Source: Chitinophagales bacterium (GTDB lineage: Bacteria > Bacteroidota > Bacteroidia > Chitinophagales > Saprospiraceae). Taken from it: a DNA stretch of 52,807 nucleotides. A program made the position numbers and the translations under genes. Under the pieces are notes generated by a model. The model was not told the DNA's origin. It saw only the letters and a list, made by a program, of their open reading frames with translations, and searched no databases. The stretch lies in contig JANMGN010000225.1 in the NCBI GenBank assembly GCA_031374645.1, forward strand, positions 1 to 52,807, in the 5' to 3' direction. The first letter of the stretch is position 1. Each line of letters starts with the position of its first letter. Below, in pieces: positions 35,092 to 43,513 of this stretch.

Positions 35092-35120
35092 AGCCGTTTA
35101 AGCAAAACACTTAAACGGCT
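35092..35120. terminator. 11-bp palindromic bidirectional terminator (T9SS cargo / RND convergent junction)
   Basis: agccgtttaag (35092-35102), loop caaaaca, then cttaaacggct (35110-35120). It is flanked by A6 on the 5' side and T5 on the 3' side. Confidence 0.65.
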
Positions 35121-35136
35121 CTTTTTATGTAAAAAA

Positions 35137-38100
35137 TTAGGCTTCTAACGTACTCAAATCTATTTTTTCTTTTCTAAAATAAGCTATAATTCTACAAACC
35201 AATACAAAGAATGGAATGTACATACAGATTTTAGGCATATCAAAATGTTCTAAAACGATGATAGATTTACGTTTTAATCTTTCTGAAAGCAAATACATTG
35301 CTGGTACTAAAATCAGTGTAAGGAATGTTGCGAAAGCTAAACCGAAAATCATTGTCCAAGAAAGCGGTCCCCAAAAAGCAACTTGATCGCCACCAAAGAA
35401 AAGGTGTGGATTTAGTTCGCTAAATAAAGTATAGAAATCTATATTTAGACCAACTGCCAAAGGTACAAGTCCCAACATGGTAGCCGTAGCGGTCAAAAGT
35501 ACAGGTGTCATACGAGTACGACCCGCTTCTATGATTGCCTCCTTGAGTGGCAAGCCTCGTTCGAGCAAAATATCAGTAAATTCTACCAATAAAATACCAT
35601 TTCGTACCACAATTCCAGCCAATGCAATTACTCCGATACCTGTCATAATGATAGAAATATCCATTCGGAACAACATAAAACCAAGCAATACACCAATTAC
35701 AGAGAAAATAATTTCTGACATAATCAATATCGGCTTACTGATAGAGTTGAATTGTGTTACCAAAATCAATACGATTAATAGCATAGAAATCAACATGGCT
35801 CTTCCGAAAAATGCACTTGTTTCAGCTTGATCTTCTTGTTCTCCACCAAATTTTATAGTCACACCGTCAGGAATTGAGTAATCTTTGAGTGCAGCTTGTA
35901 CCTGCGCAACGACTTCGTTCGGGTTGTACTCTGTTAATACATTGGAAGCAACAGTCACTACACGCTCTTGATTTTTACGTTTGATACCACCTACGGAGTT
36001 TCCAAATTCTACGTGCGCCACAGAAGAAATCGGAACAGAACGCATCATACCGCCCATATTCATATCACGATAAGCGATTTGAGCATTCATGAGTACGTTT
36101 AGATTATTGCGCTGTTCGGTTCTGTAACGGAGCATGATTTTGTAATCATCATTTCCGTCACGGTATTTGCTTACTTCTTTTCCAAAAACAGCGGTATTTA
36201 TTTGTCCGCCGATTTGTCCCGTAGAAATACCTTCCCGTTGTGCGTGTTCACGGTCGATTTTAATTTGCGCTTCTGGTTTATTTAAAACTAAGTCAGATTT
36301 TAACTCCTCAATACCAGCAATTTTTTGATTGTTGATGTAGCGAATTACGTCTTGCGATGCTTTTGCCAAAGTTTCAAATTCTTCTCCATAAATCTCAATC
36401 GAAATTGGTTTTCCAGTCGGAGGTCCGCCTTGCTCTTGCTCCACAACGACTTGTGTACCAGGAATATCTTTTACAGCATCACGAATTTTATCCAAATAAG
36501 GTTTTGTAGATGCGCCATGTCTTTTTTCAAAAGCCACAAAAGCAACCGTTACTTTTCCTTTATGAGAAGCGACGGAGTTATCAAAGCCTTGTGGATCGCC
36601 TGCTCCAACAGCTACGTTTGCAATCATACTCGCTACCAAAGAATTATTTTCTCCGACTACCGTTTGTACTCGTTTCTCTACAATTTTTGTGATACTATCT
36701 GTATAAGTTTGGTGCGTTCCGATTGGTAACTCTATATATGTATAAACATAATTTGGGTCAGCCGATGGAAAAAAGATTACTTTTGGTGCAAATGAACCCA
36801 TCAATAAAATTGTGATGAAGAACAATGATACTACTCCACCTAACATTGCGCCTGGGAATTGTAAACACCAAGTCAATAAACGAGCGTAAGCATTTTGTAC
36901 GCTGGGCCAAGTTTTTGCTTGAAAACGTTGGATTACACTATTTAACACAAATTTATTTAGTAAATAAAATAAGTATATAAATATGCTAAAATTACCCATA
37001 AACGTACTTCCGCCAAGGAAAGAACACAAAATAATAACGGCAAATAGAATGCTTGTAATCCAAAAACCTCTGTCTATTTTTGATTTTTGCTTATTTTCTT
37101 CGCTATGTTCTTCTACATCCATGAAGTCCACCGCAAAAACAGGATTGATAATATAGGCTACCAACAAAGATGCTGTCAAAGTAACAATCATCGTTACGGG
37201 CATAAAGTACATGAATTTACCAATTACACCTTGCCAGAAAGCCAATGGAAAAAACGGCGCAAGCGTGGTAAGTGTTCCTGCCAAAACGGGCAAAAATACT
37301 TCTCCCGCTGCGAGTTTGGCGGCTTTTGTTATAGGTATTCCTTTGTTTTCGTGTGCGATACGGTGCGTGTTTTCTATGACCACAATTGCGTCATCTACGA
37401 CAATTCCGAGTGCGAGTAAGAAACCGAAAAGTACCACAAAGTTTAGCGTAAAACCAATACTTGGCATGACTAAGAAGGCGATACACATCGAAATCGGAAC
37501 GGACATTGCTACGAAAAACGCATTGGTTGTTCCCATAAAAAACATCAAAATCAAAGTTACCAATACGAAACCGATGATAATGGTATTTATCAAATCATGC
37601 AAAGTAACACGTGTCGTTTGGCTTTGATCGCCAGTAACACTTATTTTAAGGTCTTTTGGAAAATTTTGGGCTTTCATTTCCTCAATCGTTGCGCTAATTC
37701 TATCTGCTGCATCAATAAGATTTTCGCCCGAACGTTTGATAACATTTAGCGTAATTACATTTTTGCCATCTAAACGAGCAAAACTTTCTTGCTCTGCATA
37801 CGCATCTTTTACCTCTGCAATGTCTTTTAAATAAACTATTGCGCCAGTTCCACCACGGATTACGATATTGCTTATTTCGCTTACATTTTTAAATTCTCCT
37901 GAAATAGAAAGCGCACGTTTCATATTTCCCATGTCCACCTGACCGCCAGGAATAGTCATATTTTCGTACTTGATAGCCATTTCGATGTCGCCCATAGTGA
38001 CGTTCGCCAAAGCGGCTTTGTACATATCTACATTGACTTGGATTTCACGATTGAGCGCACCAATAATATCTACTCTTGTGATTTCTTTCATGCCTTCTAC

Positions 38101-38610
38101 CTTGTCTTTGAGGTCGTCGGCATATTTTTTCAAGCGGCTAAGTTCATAATCACCCGAAATATTGATATTCATAATGGGTACTTGCGAAATATCAATACTC
38201 ATCACGTCAGGGTCTTTAGGCAAGTCGCTTGGCAAATCAGATTTGGCTTTGTCCACCGCATCTTTTACTTTTTGCTTCGCCTCAGCAACATCTACTTCTG
38301 TCCCAAATTCTACGTTTACCATAGAAAAATTTTGAATAGAACTTGAAGTTACTTTTTTTACGCCATTGATACCTTTTACTTGTTTTTCGATTTGTTTGGT
38401 TACCAAGTTTTCCATATCCTTAGGCGATGTTCCAGGATAAAGCGTATTGACCAATATTTGTGGAAATACGACTTCTGGAAATTGCTCTTTGGGCAATCCT
38501 TGATAACTCAATATACCACCAAGCGTAATGATGATGGTCATTATATAAATTGCCGTTTTGTTGTCTATTGACCAAGACGACGGCATAAATTCTTTTATTT
38601 TATCTAACAT
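35137..38610 (-). CDS. RND-family efflux transporter permease (AcrB/HAE1-like), unusually long
   Basis: 1157 aa. It has the typical AcrB start (SWSIDNKTAIYIMTIIITLGG) and the TM4 proton-relay motif GIVVDDAIVVIEN. Two large periplasmic loops are present. Extra hydrophobic segments are described in the findings. Confidence 0.92.
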   Translation of the reverse strand: MLDKIKEFMPSSWSIDNKTAIYIMTIIITLGGILSYQGLPKEQFPEVVFPQILVNTLYPGTSPKDMENLVTKQIEKQVKGINGVKKVTSSSIQNFSMVNVEFGTEVDVAEAKQKVKDAVDKAKSDLPSDLPKDPDVMSIDISQVPIMNINISGDYELSRLKKYADDLKDKVEGMKEITRVDIIGALNREIQVNVDMYKAALANVTMGDIEMAIKYENMTIPGGQVDMGNMKRALSISGEFKNVSEISNIVIRGGTGAIVYLKDIAEVKDAYAEQESFARLDGKNVITLNVIKRSGENLIDAADRISATIEEMKAQNFPKDLKISVTGDQSQTTRVTLHDLINTIIIGFVLVTLILMFFMGTTNAFFVAMSVPISMCIAFLVMPSIGFTLNFVVLFGFLLALGIVVDDAIVVIENTHRIAHENKGIPITKAAKLAAGEVFLPVLAGTLTTLAPFFPLAFWQGVIGKFMYFMPVTMIVTLTASLLVAYIINPVFAVDFMDVEEHSEENKQKSKIDRGFWITSILFAVIILCSFLGGSTFMGNFSIFIYLFYLLNKFVLNSVIQRFQAKTWPSVQNAYARLLTWCLQFPGAMLGGVVSLFFITILLMGSFAPKVIFFPSADPNYVYTYIELPIGTHQTYTDSITKIVEKRVQTVVGENNSLVASMIANVAVGAGDPQGFDNSVASHKGKVTVAFVAFEKRHGASTKPYLDKIRDAVKDIPGTQVVVEQEQGGPPTGKPISIEIYGEEFETLAKASQDVIRYINNQKIAGIEELKSDLVLNKPEAQIKIDREHAQREGISTGQIGGQINTAVFGKEVSKYRDGNDDYKIMLRYRTEQRNNLNVLMNAQIAYRDMNMGGMMRSVPISSVAHVEFGNSVGGIKRKNQERVVTVASNVLTEYNPNEVVAQVQAALKDYSIPDGVTIKFGGEQEDQAETSAFFGRAMLISMLLIVLILVTQFNSISKPILIMSEIIFSVIGVLLGFMLFRMDISIIMTGIGVIALAGIVVRNGILLVEFTDILLERGLPLKEAIIEAGRTRMTPVLLTATATMLGLVPLAVGLNIDFYTLFSELNPHLFFGGDQVAFWGPLSWTMIFGLAFATFLTLILVPAMYLLSERLKRKSIIVLEHFDMPKICMYIPFFVLVCRIIAYFRKEKIDLSTLEA

Positions 38611-38668
38611 AACTGAAAAATTAGGAGTGTTTGTTCTCTGATTTCAAAATAAAGGTAAACTGGAAATT

Positions 38669-39802
38669 TTATTTTACCAAAACCAAATCGCCATCGTTTA
38701 AGTCTTGAAAACCTGTTGTAATGAGTTGGTCGCCAGCTTTTAAGCCTGACAAAATTTCACATTTATCGCCATACGTTTGACCAGTTTTCACATTTACTTT
38801 CTTCGCTTTTGCAACACCACTTTGTGTATCTACCACCAATACATAATCGCCATTGTCTCCTTTTTGGATTAAGTTAATAGGCGCTGTTATTGCTTTTTCT
38901 TTCTGATAATCAATCACTTTTATCACTGACATCATGTTAGAAATCATATCGCTTCCGCTTACTGGAATATCTACACGGTACGTACGGTTCAATGGATTTA
39001 TCGTTTGGCTTACGTAGCCGATACGTGCTTTTACGTCTTTTTTGATGTCTGGAAAATTTAACATTACGCTATTTCCTGCTTTTATTTTACCAGCGTAACC
39101 TTCTGCAATATCCGCTACGACTTTTAAATCTGATTTATTTACGAGTTTTGCAAATGGCGAACCTGGTGCGCCTGGCATACCAACTTGCGCATACACCTCG
39201 TCAATAATACCACCTTTTGGCGCACGAACTACTGACCAAGAGCCTTGTTCGTTCATAGTACCAATTTGTTTTTCTAAGGCTTCTACTTGTGTTTTTGCAC
39301 CCAATAGTTGTACTTCTGTACCGATGCCTTGTTTCCAAAGACGGTCGAGTTTGTCAAAATTTTGACGTGCAAAATCTAATTGTGTTTGTACTTGTGAAAT
39401 ACTTTGTTTCATCACAGCATTATCCAAATAACCAATCGCTTGACCCGCAGAAACACGAGAACCTGCTTTTACCAAAACCTTTGTAATTGTTCCCATTCCT
39501 TTTGGTGTAATCACTTGTTCGTCATCTGATTTTACCATACCTTGAAGGTCAATCGAGTGCGTAAAAGTTTCTGGCAAAACAGCCGTAGCTCCTACTGCCG
39601 TAACACGTTCTTTTTTTGAAGTAGGATCTGTGCTTTGTATTTCTTTTTCGAGTTTTGCGATTTCATCTTTCAATGTGTTTGCTTGTGTTTTCAACTCTGA
39701 TAAAAGTGCTTTTTTGCCTTCTATGGTAGAAGTGTCAGCTGTTTTTTTTCCGCAAGCGACCAATAATAATAGGACTGCTGCGCTTAGTATGCTATTTCTC
39801 AT
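38669..39802 (-). CDS. RND efflux periplasmic adaptor (membrane fusion protein, HlyD family) lipoprotein
   Basis: 377 aa. The lipobox is LLLLVAC. It has a coiled-coil hairpin region (LSELKTQANTLKDEIAKLEKEIQ ... QVEALEKQIGT), lipoyl-like and beta-barrel segments, and the C-terminal GLKAGDQLITTG motif. Confidence 0.88.
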   Translation of the reverse strand: MRNSILSAAVLLLLVACGKKTADTSTIEGKKALLSELKTQANTLKDEIAKLEKEIQSTDPTSKKERVTAVGATAVLPETFTHSIDLQGMVKSDDEQVITPKGMGTITKVLVKAGSRVSAGQAIGYLDNAVMKQSISQVQTQLDFARQNFDKLDRLWKQGIGTEVQLLGAKTQVEALEKQIGTMNEQGSWSVVRAPKGGIIDEVYAQVGMPGAPGSPFAKLVNKSDLKVVADIAEGYAGKIKAGNSVMLNFPDIKKDVKARIGYVSQTINPLNRTYRVDIPVSGSDMISNMMSVIKVIDYQKEKAITAPINLIQKGDNGDYVLVVDTQSGVAKAKKVNVKTGQTYGDKCEILSGLKAGDQLITTGFQDLNDGDLVLVK

Positions 39803-39846
39803 TTTATAAAAATTATTTTGAATGTTATATTATTAAATTAATTGTA

Positions 39847-40458
39847 TTAAAACTCTATAAATGATTTTAAATTTTCAGGAACGATAGCCATTATCTCCTG
39901 CTTTGACGATGGAGATACTTGTTGTCCGTTCATTGAAATTTTAAAAAATCGGTCATAAACATCTGTAAAATAGATAGTTGCATTAAACTTATCTTGCCTT
40001 CTTGATTTAGTATAGGCATCAATAAAAGTAAAACAAAGTTTTTTATCGGTCATTTCAAACATCGTTATTTCCTCACCTGCTCCAACTGCGCTTGCGGTTG
40101 CATTAGAAGTTACGCTACTAATTAGTATGGCTTCTGGGCGGTTCATCATCTTATTTGCAATTTTAGAAAAGTCAAATTCCGAATAATGTTGTCCTTTGTA
40201 TTCTATGTCCACATATTTTATTAATGCTGGTCCGATACCTTTATTCCAAACCAATAATTTGAAATATCCTGTGCTGTCTTCGTCATTTGACCCCATAGAG
40301 TTACCCATGATTATCAGCGGTCGCACCGAGGCATATTGCTGTTCCCGCATGATGCTCGTTTGGTAAAAAGAAACAAATAAGGCGCAAAAACTGACCACTA
40401 TTGCTGATATAGATATAGCGTTTTCTTGAAAAAAACTTTTACTTTTTTCTACTTCCAT
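39847..40458 (-). CDS. Hypothetical single-pass membrane protein embedded in the efflux operon
   Basis: 203 aa. One N-terminal TM (ISISAIVVSFCALFVSFY) is followed by a soluble domain of about 160 aa with no motif I recognise. It is spaced 16 nt and 44 nt from its neighbours on the same strand. Confidence 0.55.
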   Translation of the reverse strand: MEVEKSKSFFQENAISISAIVVSFCALFVSFYQTSIMREQQYASVRPLIIMGNSMGSNDEDSTGYFKLLVWNKGIGPALIKYVDIEYKGQHYSEFDFSKIANKMMNRPEAILISSVTSNATASAVGAGEEITMFEMTDKKLCFTFIDAYTKSRRQDKFNATIYFTDVYDRFFKISMNGQQVSPSSKQEIMAIVPENLKSFIEF

Positions 40459-40474
40459 TTTAATTATTGCTTTT

Positions 40475-40885
40475 TTATTTTACGGCTAAAAATGCTAATA
40501 TTGCTACAAAAAAACACAAAGGCGTGTAGTAACGTTGGTCGTATTTTGCAAAATCAGTGTCTTTTATTTTTCTAAATAAACCAGCGTAATTAAAATCGCC
40601 AATGCCACGTAGTATAAAAATTATAACGATGGTATAAGTAGCATAATTTATCCATTTTTTTGCTACAAAAGCGTCAAATAATCCGAGATTTCCAAGTGAA
40701 ACGAGCGCAAAACCAATTAGACCAAATGCAACTATCAATGTTGGTAATATGCCAGGTTGAAAAGGAGCGTTGCCGTCTTTGGTTGTTGGTATTGCTACAT
40801 TTAAGCCCCAATTTCCGCCTATCGCCCAATAAAAATGAATAGCGGAAATGCTTAAAAAAATGATAGATAAAGTTATTGCTGCCAT
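40475..40885 (-). CDS. Small 4-TM membrane protein, DUF3995-like
   Basis: 136 aa. The N-terminal SAIHFYWAIGGNWGL motif resembles the DUF3995 family signature (H-x-Y-W-A-x-G-G). It has four hydrophobic helices and lies between the tolC-like and MFP genes. Confidence 0.55.
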   Translation of the reverse strand: MAAITLSIIFLSISAIHFYWAIGGNWGLNVAIPTTKDGNAPFQPGILPTLIVAFGLIGFALVSLGNLGLFDAFVAKKWINYATYTIVIIFILRGIGDFNYAGLFRKIKDTDFAKYDQRYYTPLCFFVAILAFLAVK

Positions 40886-40903
40886 GATTTTAAGTAATGG
40901 TTT

Positions 40904-42307
40904 TTAGTTTCCTAATGCTTTATCTAAATCTATTTTTGCTTTCAATAAGTCGTATCTCGCTTGTATAATATTTTGTTGATTTTGGTACAAAGCACTTTCC
41001 GCTTGTATAATTTCAATACTTGAACCAATGCCTTCTTTGTATTTTGTTTTGCTTACGTTATATATTTTTTCAGCCAAACCTAAGTTTTTTTCTTGGCTTG
41101 CCAAATTTATTTTGGCGTTGCTGTAAGCAATACGAGCATTTTTCACCTGTAATTGTACTGCATTTTCAAATTCTATACGCTGATTTTTTACCGTTTCGAG
41201 TGCCAATTGCGCACGTTGTTTGGTATAAGGAAGTCCGCCACCGCCCCAAATCGGAACACTAACTTTTGCACCAACTACACCCGTAGGCAAAAAGAAATAA
41301 TCATCTTTTTTAAAACTATTGCCTTGAAAACCGTAAGAAAAACTTGCAAAAGTAGCTACCGTAGGCAAAGTTGAGGCTTTCGCCAAGTCAATTTGTAAGG
41401 CTTGCATTTTTTCGCCTTGCAATATTAAGTTGTACTCAGGACGTTTTGCGTAATTTACTTCGCCTTCCAAATCTGCCGGATTTACATCGCTCAAAAGACT
41501 TGTTATATCATCTTTTAGTTCAAATGTTTCTGTATTTTTTGCACCTATTACAAAACGTAAAGCATTGATAACCAATTCTTTGCTACGGAAAACATTGGCA
41601 CGTTGTGTTTTTATATTTTCCAAAGAAAGCGTCAATCTATCCACATCAAGATTTTCTACAAAACCTTCTTTGTTGAAAGCCTTTGTTTCATTCAATAATT
41701 TTTCTAAATTAGCAATGTTCTTATCAAATATTTTGACGCTTTCTGTAATCAAAAGTGCTGGCAAATAAGCGTCTATCACTTGATTTTTGATTTCAGTTCG
41801 CTTAGCTAACAATTGTTTTTGTACCAAATCACGGTAATCACGGGCTGCACGGCGTGCCACATTATAACTTCCCGAATAGAGCAATTGACTCGCCGAAATG
41901 CCTGGCGTAACAGAGTGACGTTGTTGAAAACTGATTGGCTCAACTTCTACATTACTTGGCGGTGGATCTTTTGGAATTAGATTTCCTGCACCGTCTTTTA
42001 CGCCATAGCCATTCAATATTCCGAATACAGCACGAGGCGTAGCGTCCGCAAAAGATGAAGGAAATTTTACTTTCGGTAAAAGGAAAAATGTTTGCCAATC
42101 TAAGGTCGCACCAATTTGCGGTAATCCCGTAGCACGATTTTCATAAATTCTTGCCTCCGCATCTGCAATATTAATTTGTGCATTTTTGATGCTGATATTA
42201 TTTTGCATTGCGTACTCAACCGCATCATTTAAAGAAAGTGATATTTGGGCAGAAGAAGACGCTGCCGCAAAAATAAGTGTAATTAATAGAATGTTTGTTA
42301 TTTTCAT
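40904..42307 (-). CDS. TolC-family outer-membrane efflux protein
   Basis: 467 aa. The signal peptide is MKITNILLITLIFAAASSSA|Q. It starts with the typical LSLNDAVEYAMQNNISIKNAQ. Two OEP repeats have long coiled segments, and it ends ...ARYDLLKAKIDLDKALG. Confidence 0.88.
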   Translation of the reverse strand: MKITNILLITLIFAAASSSAQISLSLNDAVEYAMQNNISIKNAQINIADAEARIYENRATGLPQIGATLDWQTFFLLPKVKFPSSFADATPRAVFGILNGYGVKDGAGNLIPKDPPPSNVEVEPISFQQRHSVTPGISASQLLYSGSYNVARRAARDYRDLVQKQLLAKRTEIKNQVIDAYLPALLITESVKIFDKNIANLEKLLNETKAFNKEGFVENLDVDRLTLSLENIKTQRANVFRSKELVINALRFVIGAKNTETFELKDDITSLLSDVNPADLEGEVNYAKRPEYNLILQGEKMQALQIDLAKASTLPTVATFASFSYGFQGNSFKKDDYFFLPTGVVGAKVSVPIWGGGGLPYTKQRAQLALETVKNQRIEFENAVQLQVKNARIAYSNAKINLASQEKNLGLAEKIYNVSKTKYKEGIGSSIEIIQAESALYQNQQNIIQARYDLLKAKIDLDKALGN

Positions 42308-42334
42308 AAAATATAGATTGATTGTTATTTGAAT

Positions 42335-42943
42335 TTATTGTTCTTTTTGTTTTTCTAAAAGCTGATGTAAAATTTCCATTCCTTTTGGTGTTGCAATTCC
42401 CTTCAAATGATACATTATGTAGGTCTGAAAAACTACTCTTGTATTATACTTTTGAGAAGGAAAAGTATCCAAATCTATTACACTACTTGATAAGCTAAGG
42501 TATAGTTTTGCGATAATATCTATATCGAAATCATCTCGGTATAAGCCCTCGGCTACGCCACGTTTGAGGTTACTATGAATATCATTATATATGTATTCAT
42601 TGTTTAATGTTTCAAACTCTGTCCATATTTCTCGATAGTATTTTTGGCAGTCATATATCAATGTAGGCGTAAGTTCGGTGAGCATTTCTGCTACGTGCTG
42701 TGACAAACGCAAAAGCTCATCAATAGCATTGTGCGCATTCAGACGGATTGCTTTCATTACAGCGACTTCTTCTTCTTTATGCTGCTTCATACCGCCTTCT
42801 ATAAGTTTGTCTTTGGTATCAAAATGTAGGTAGATGGTTTTTTTAGAAATGCCCAATTCACGACAAATATCATCCATGCTTACGCTACGTAAACCGAACT
42901 TAAAGAATAACTCTTTTGCTTTTGATAAAATTTTTTCTTTCAT
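42335..42943 (-). CDS. TetR/AcrR-family transcriptional regulator (first gene of the efflux operon)
   Basis: About 202 aa from the ATG at 42943. The N-terminal HTH reads ILSKAKELFFKFGLRSVSMDDICRELGISKKTIYLHF. The ORF-track start at 42973 adds MFFFVYLHQK, which overlaps a promoter-like CAAATATA motif and is probably not translated. Confidence 0.85.
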   Translation of the reverse strand: MKEKILSKAKELFFKFGLRSVSMDDICRELGISKKTIYLHFDTKDKLIEGGMKQHKEEEVAVMKAIRLNAHNAIDELLRLSQHVAEMLTELTPTLIYDCQKYYREIWTEFETLNNEYIYNDIHSNLKRGVAEGLYRDDFDIDIIAKLYLSLSSSVIDLDTFPSQKYNTRVVFQTYIMYHLKGIATPKGMEILHQLLEKQKEQ

Positions 42944-43147
42944 TTTCTGATGCAAATATACAAAAAAAAACAATGGAAACTATAAAAGGTTTAAAAGTTT
43001 CCTAAGTTTTTAAAAAAAATATACTAAATTTCGACAAATGAAGCCAAATTTTCGATAATATTTTCATTATATTATTAATAAAATCGAAATAATATTTTGT
43101 TTTCATTTTTTAATGCTCATAAAAGTAAAAAATAGGTAACTTTATAG

Positions 43148-43155
43148 TATTTTTG
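43148..43155 (+). promoter_or_regulatory. Bacteroidetes -7 promoter motif (TAnnTTTG) upstream of the 101-aa membrane protein / hutI unit
   Basis: TATTTTTG lies 39 nt upstream of the ATG at 43194. Confidence 0.4.
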
Positions 43156-43193
43156 TTTTTTTAGAAATTATCATTTAAAATAAATTAAAATTT

Positions 43194-43499
43194 ATGTTTT
43201 ACGATAAAAATAACCTTTTTATAGGTTTACTTTTGGGATTGGCGTTGCCTATTATTTCACTTGCTTTGCTGCAAGTATTTACAGAAACTTGGGATTCTTT
43301 CCATATAACGCCACGTGTCATTTTGTCGGAAGCTATACAGCCACGTACTTTGCGTTTGGTTGCGCTTTGTGCCAACGTTTTTTTGATGCGTTGGTTTCAG
43401 CGTCGTCGCTATGATGAAAGTATGCGAGGCGTATTTATTGCCATTGGTATTTTTGCAGTATTATGGGTATATACGTATGGCGCAGCAGTTTTTGCATAA
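43194..43499 (+). CDS. Small hypothetical membrane protein (3 predicted TM)
   Basis: 101 aa with hydrophobic segments LFIGLLLGLALPIISLALLQVF, LRLVALCANVFLMRWF and VFIAIGIFAVLWVYTYGAAVF. It lies 14 nt upstream of hutI on the same strand. No recognisable family. Confidence 0.5.
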   Translation: MFYDKNNLFIGLLLGLALPIISLALLQVFTETWDSFHITPRVILSEAIQPRTLRLVALCANVFLMRWFQRRRYDESMRGVFIAIGIFAVLWVYTYGAAVFA

Positions 43500-43513
43500 A
43501 TTTTTATTAAAAA

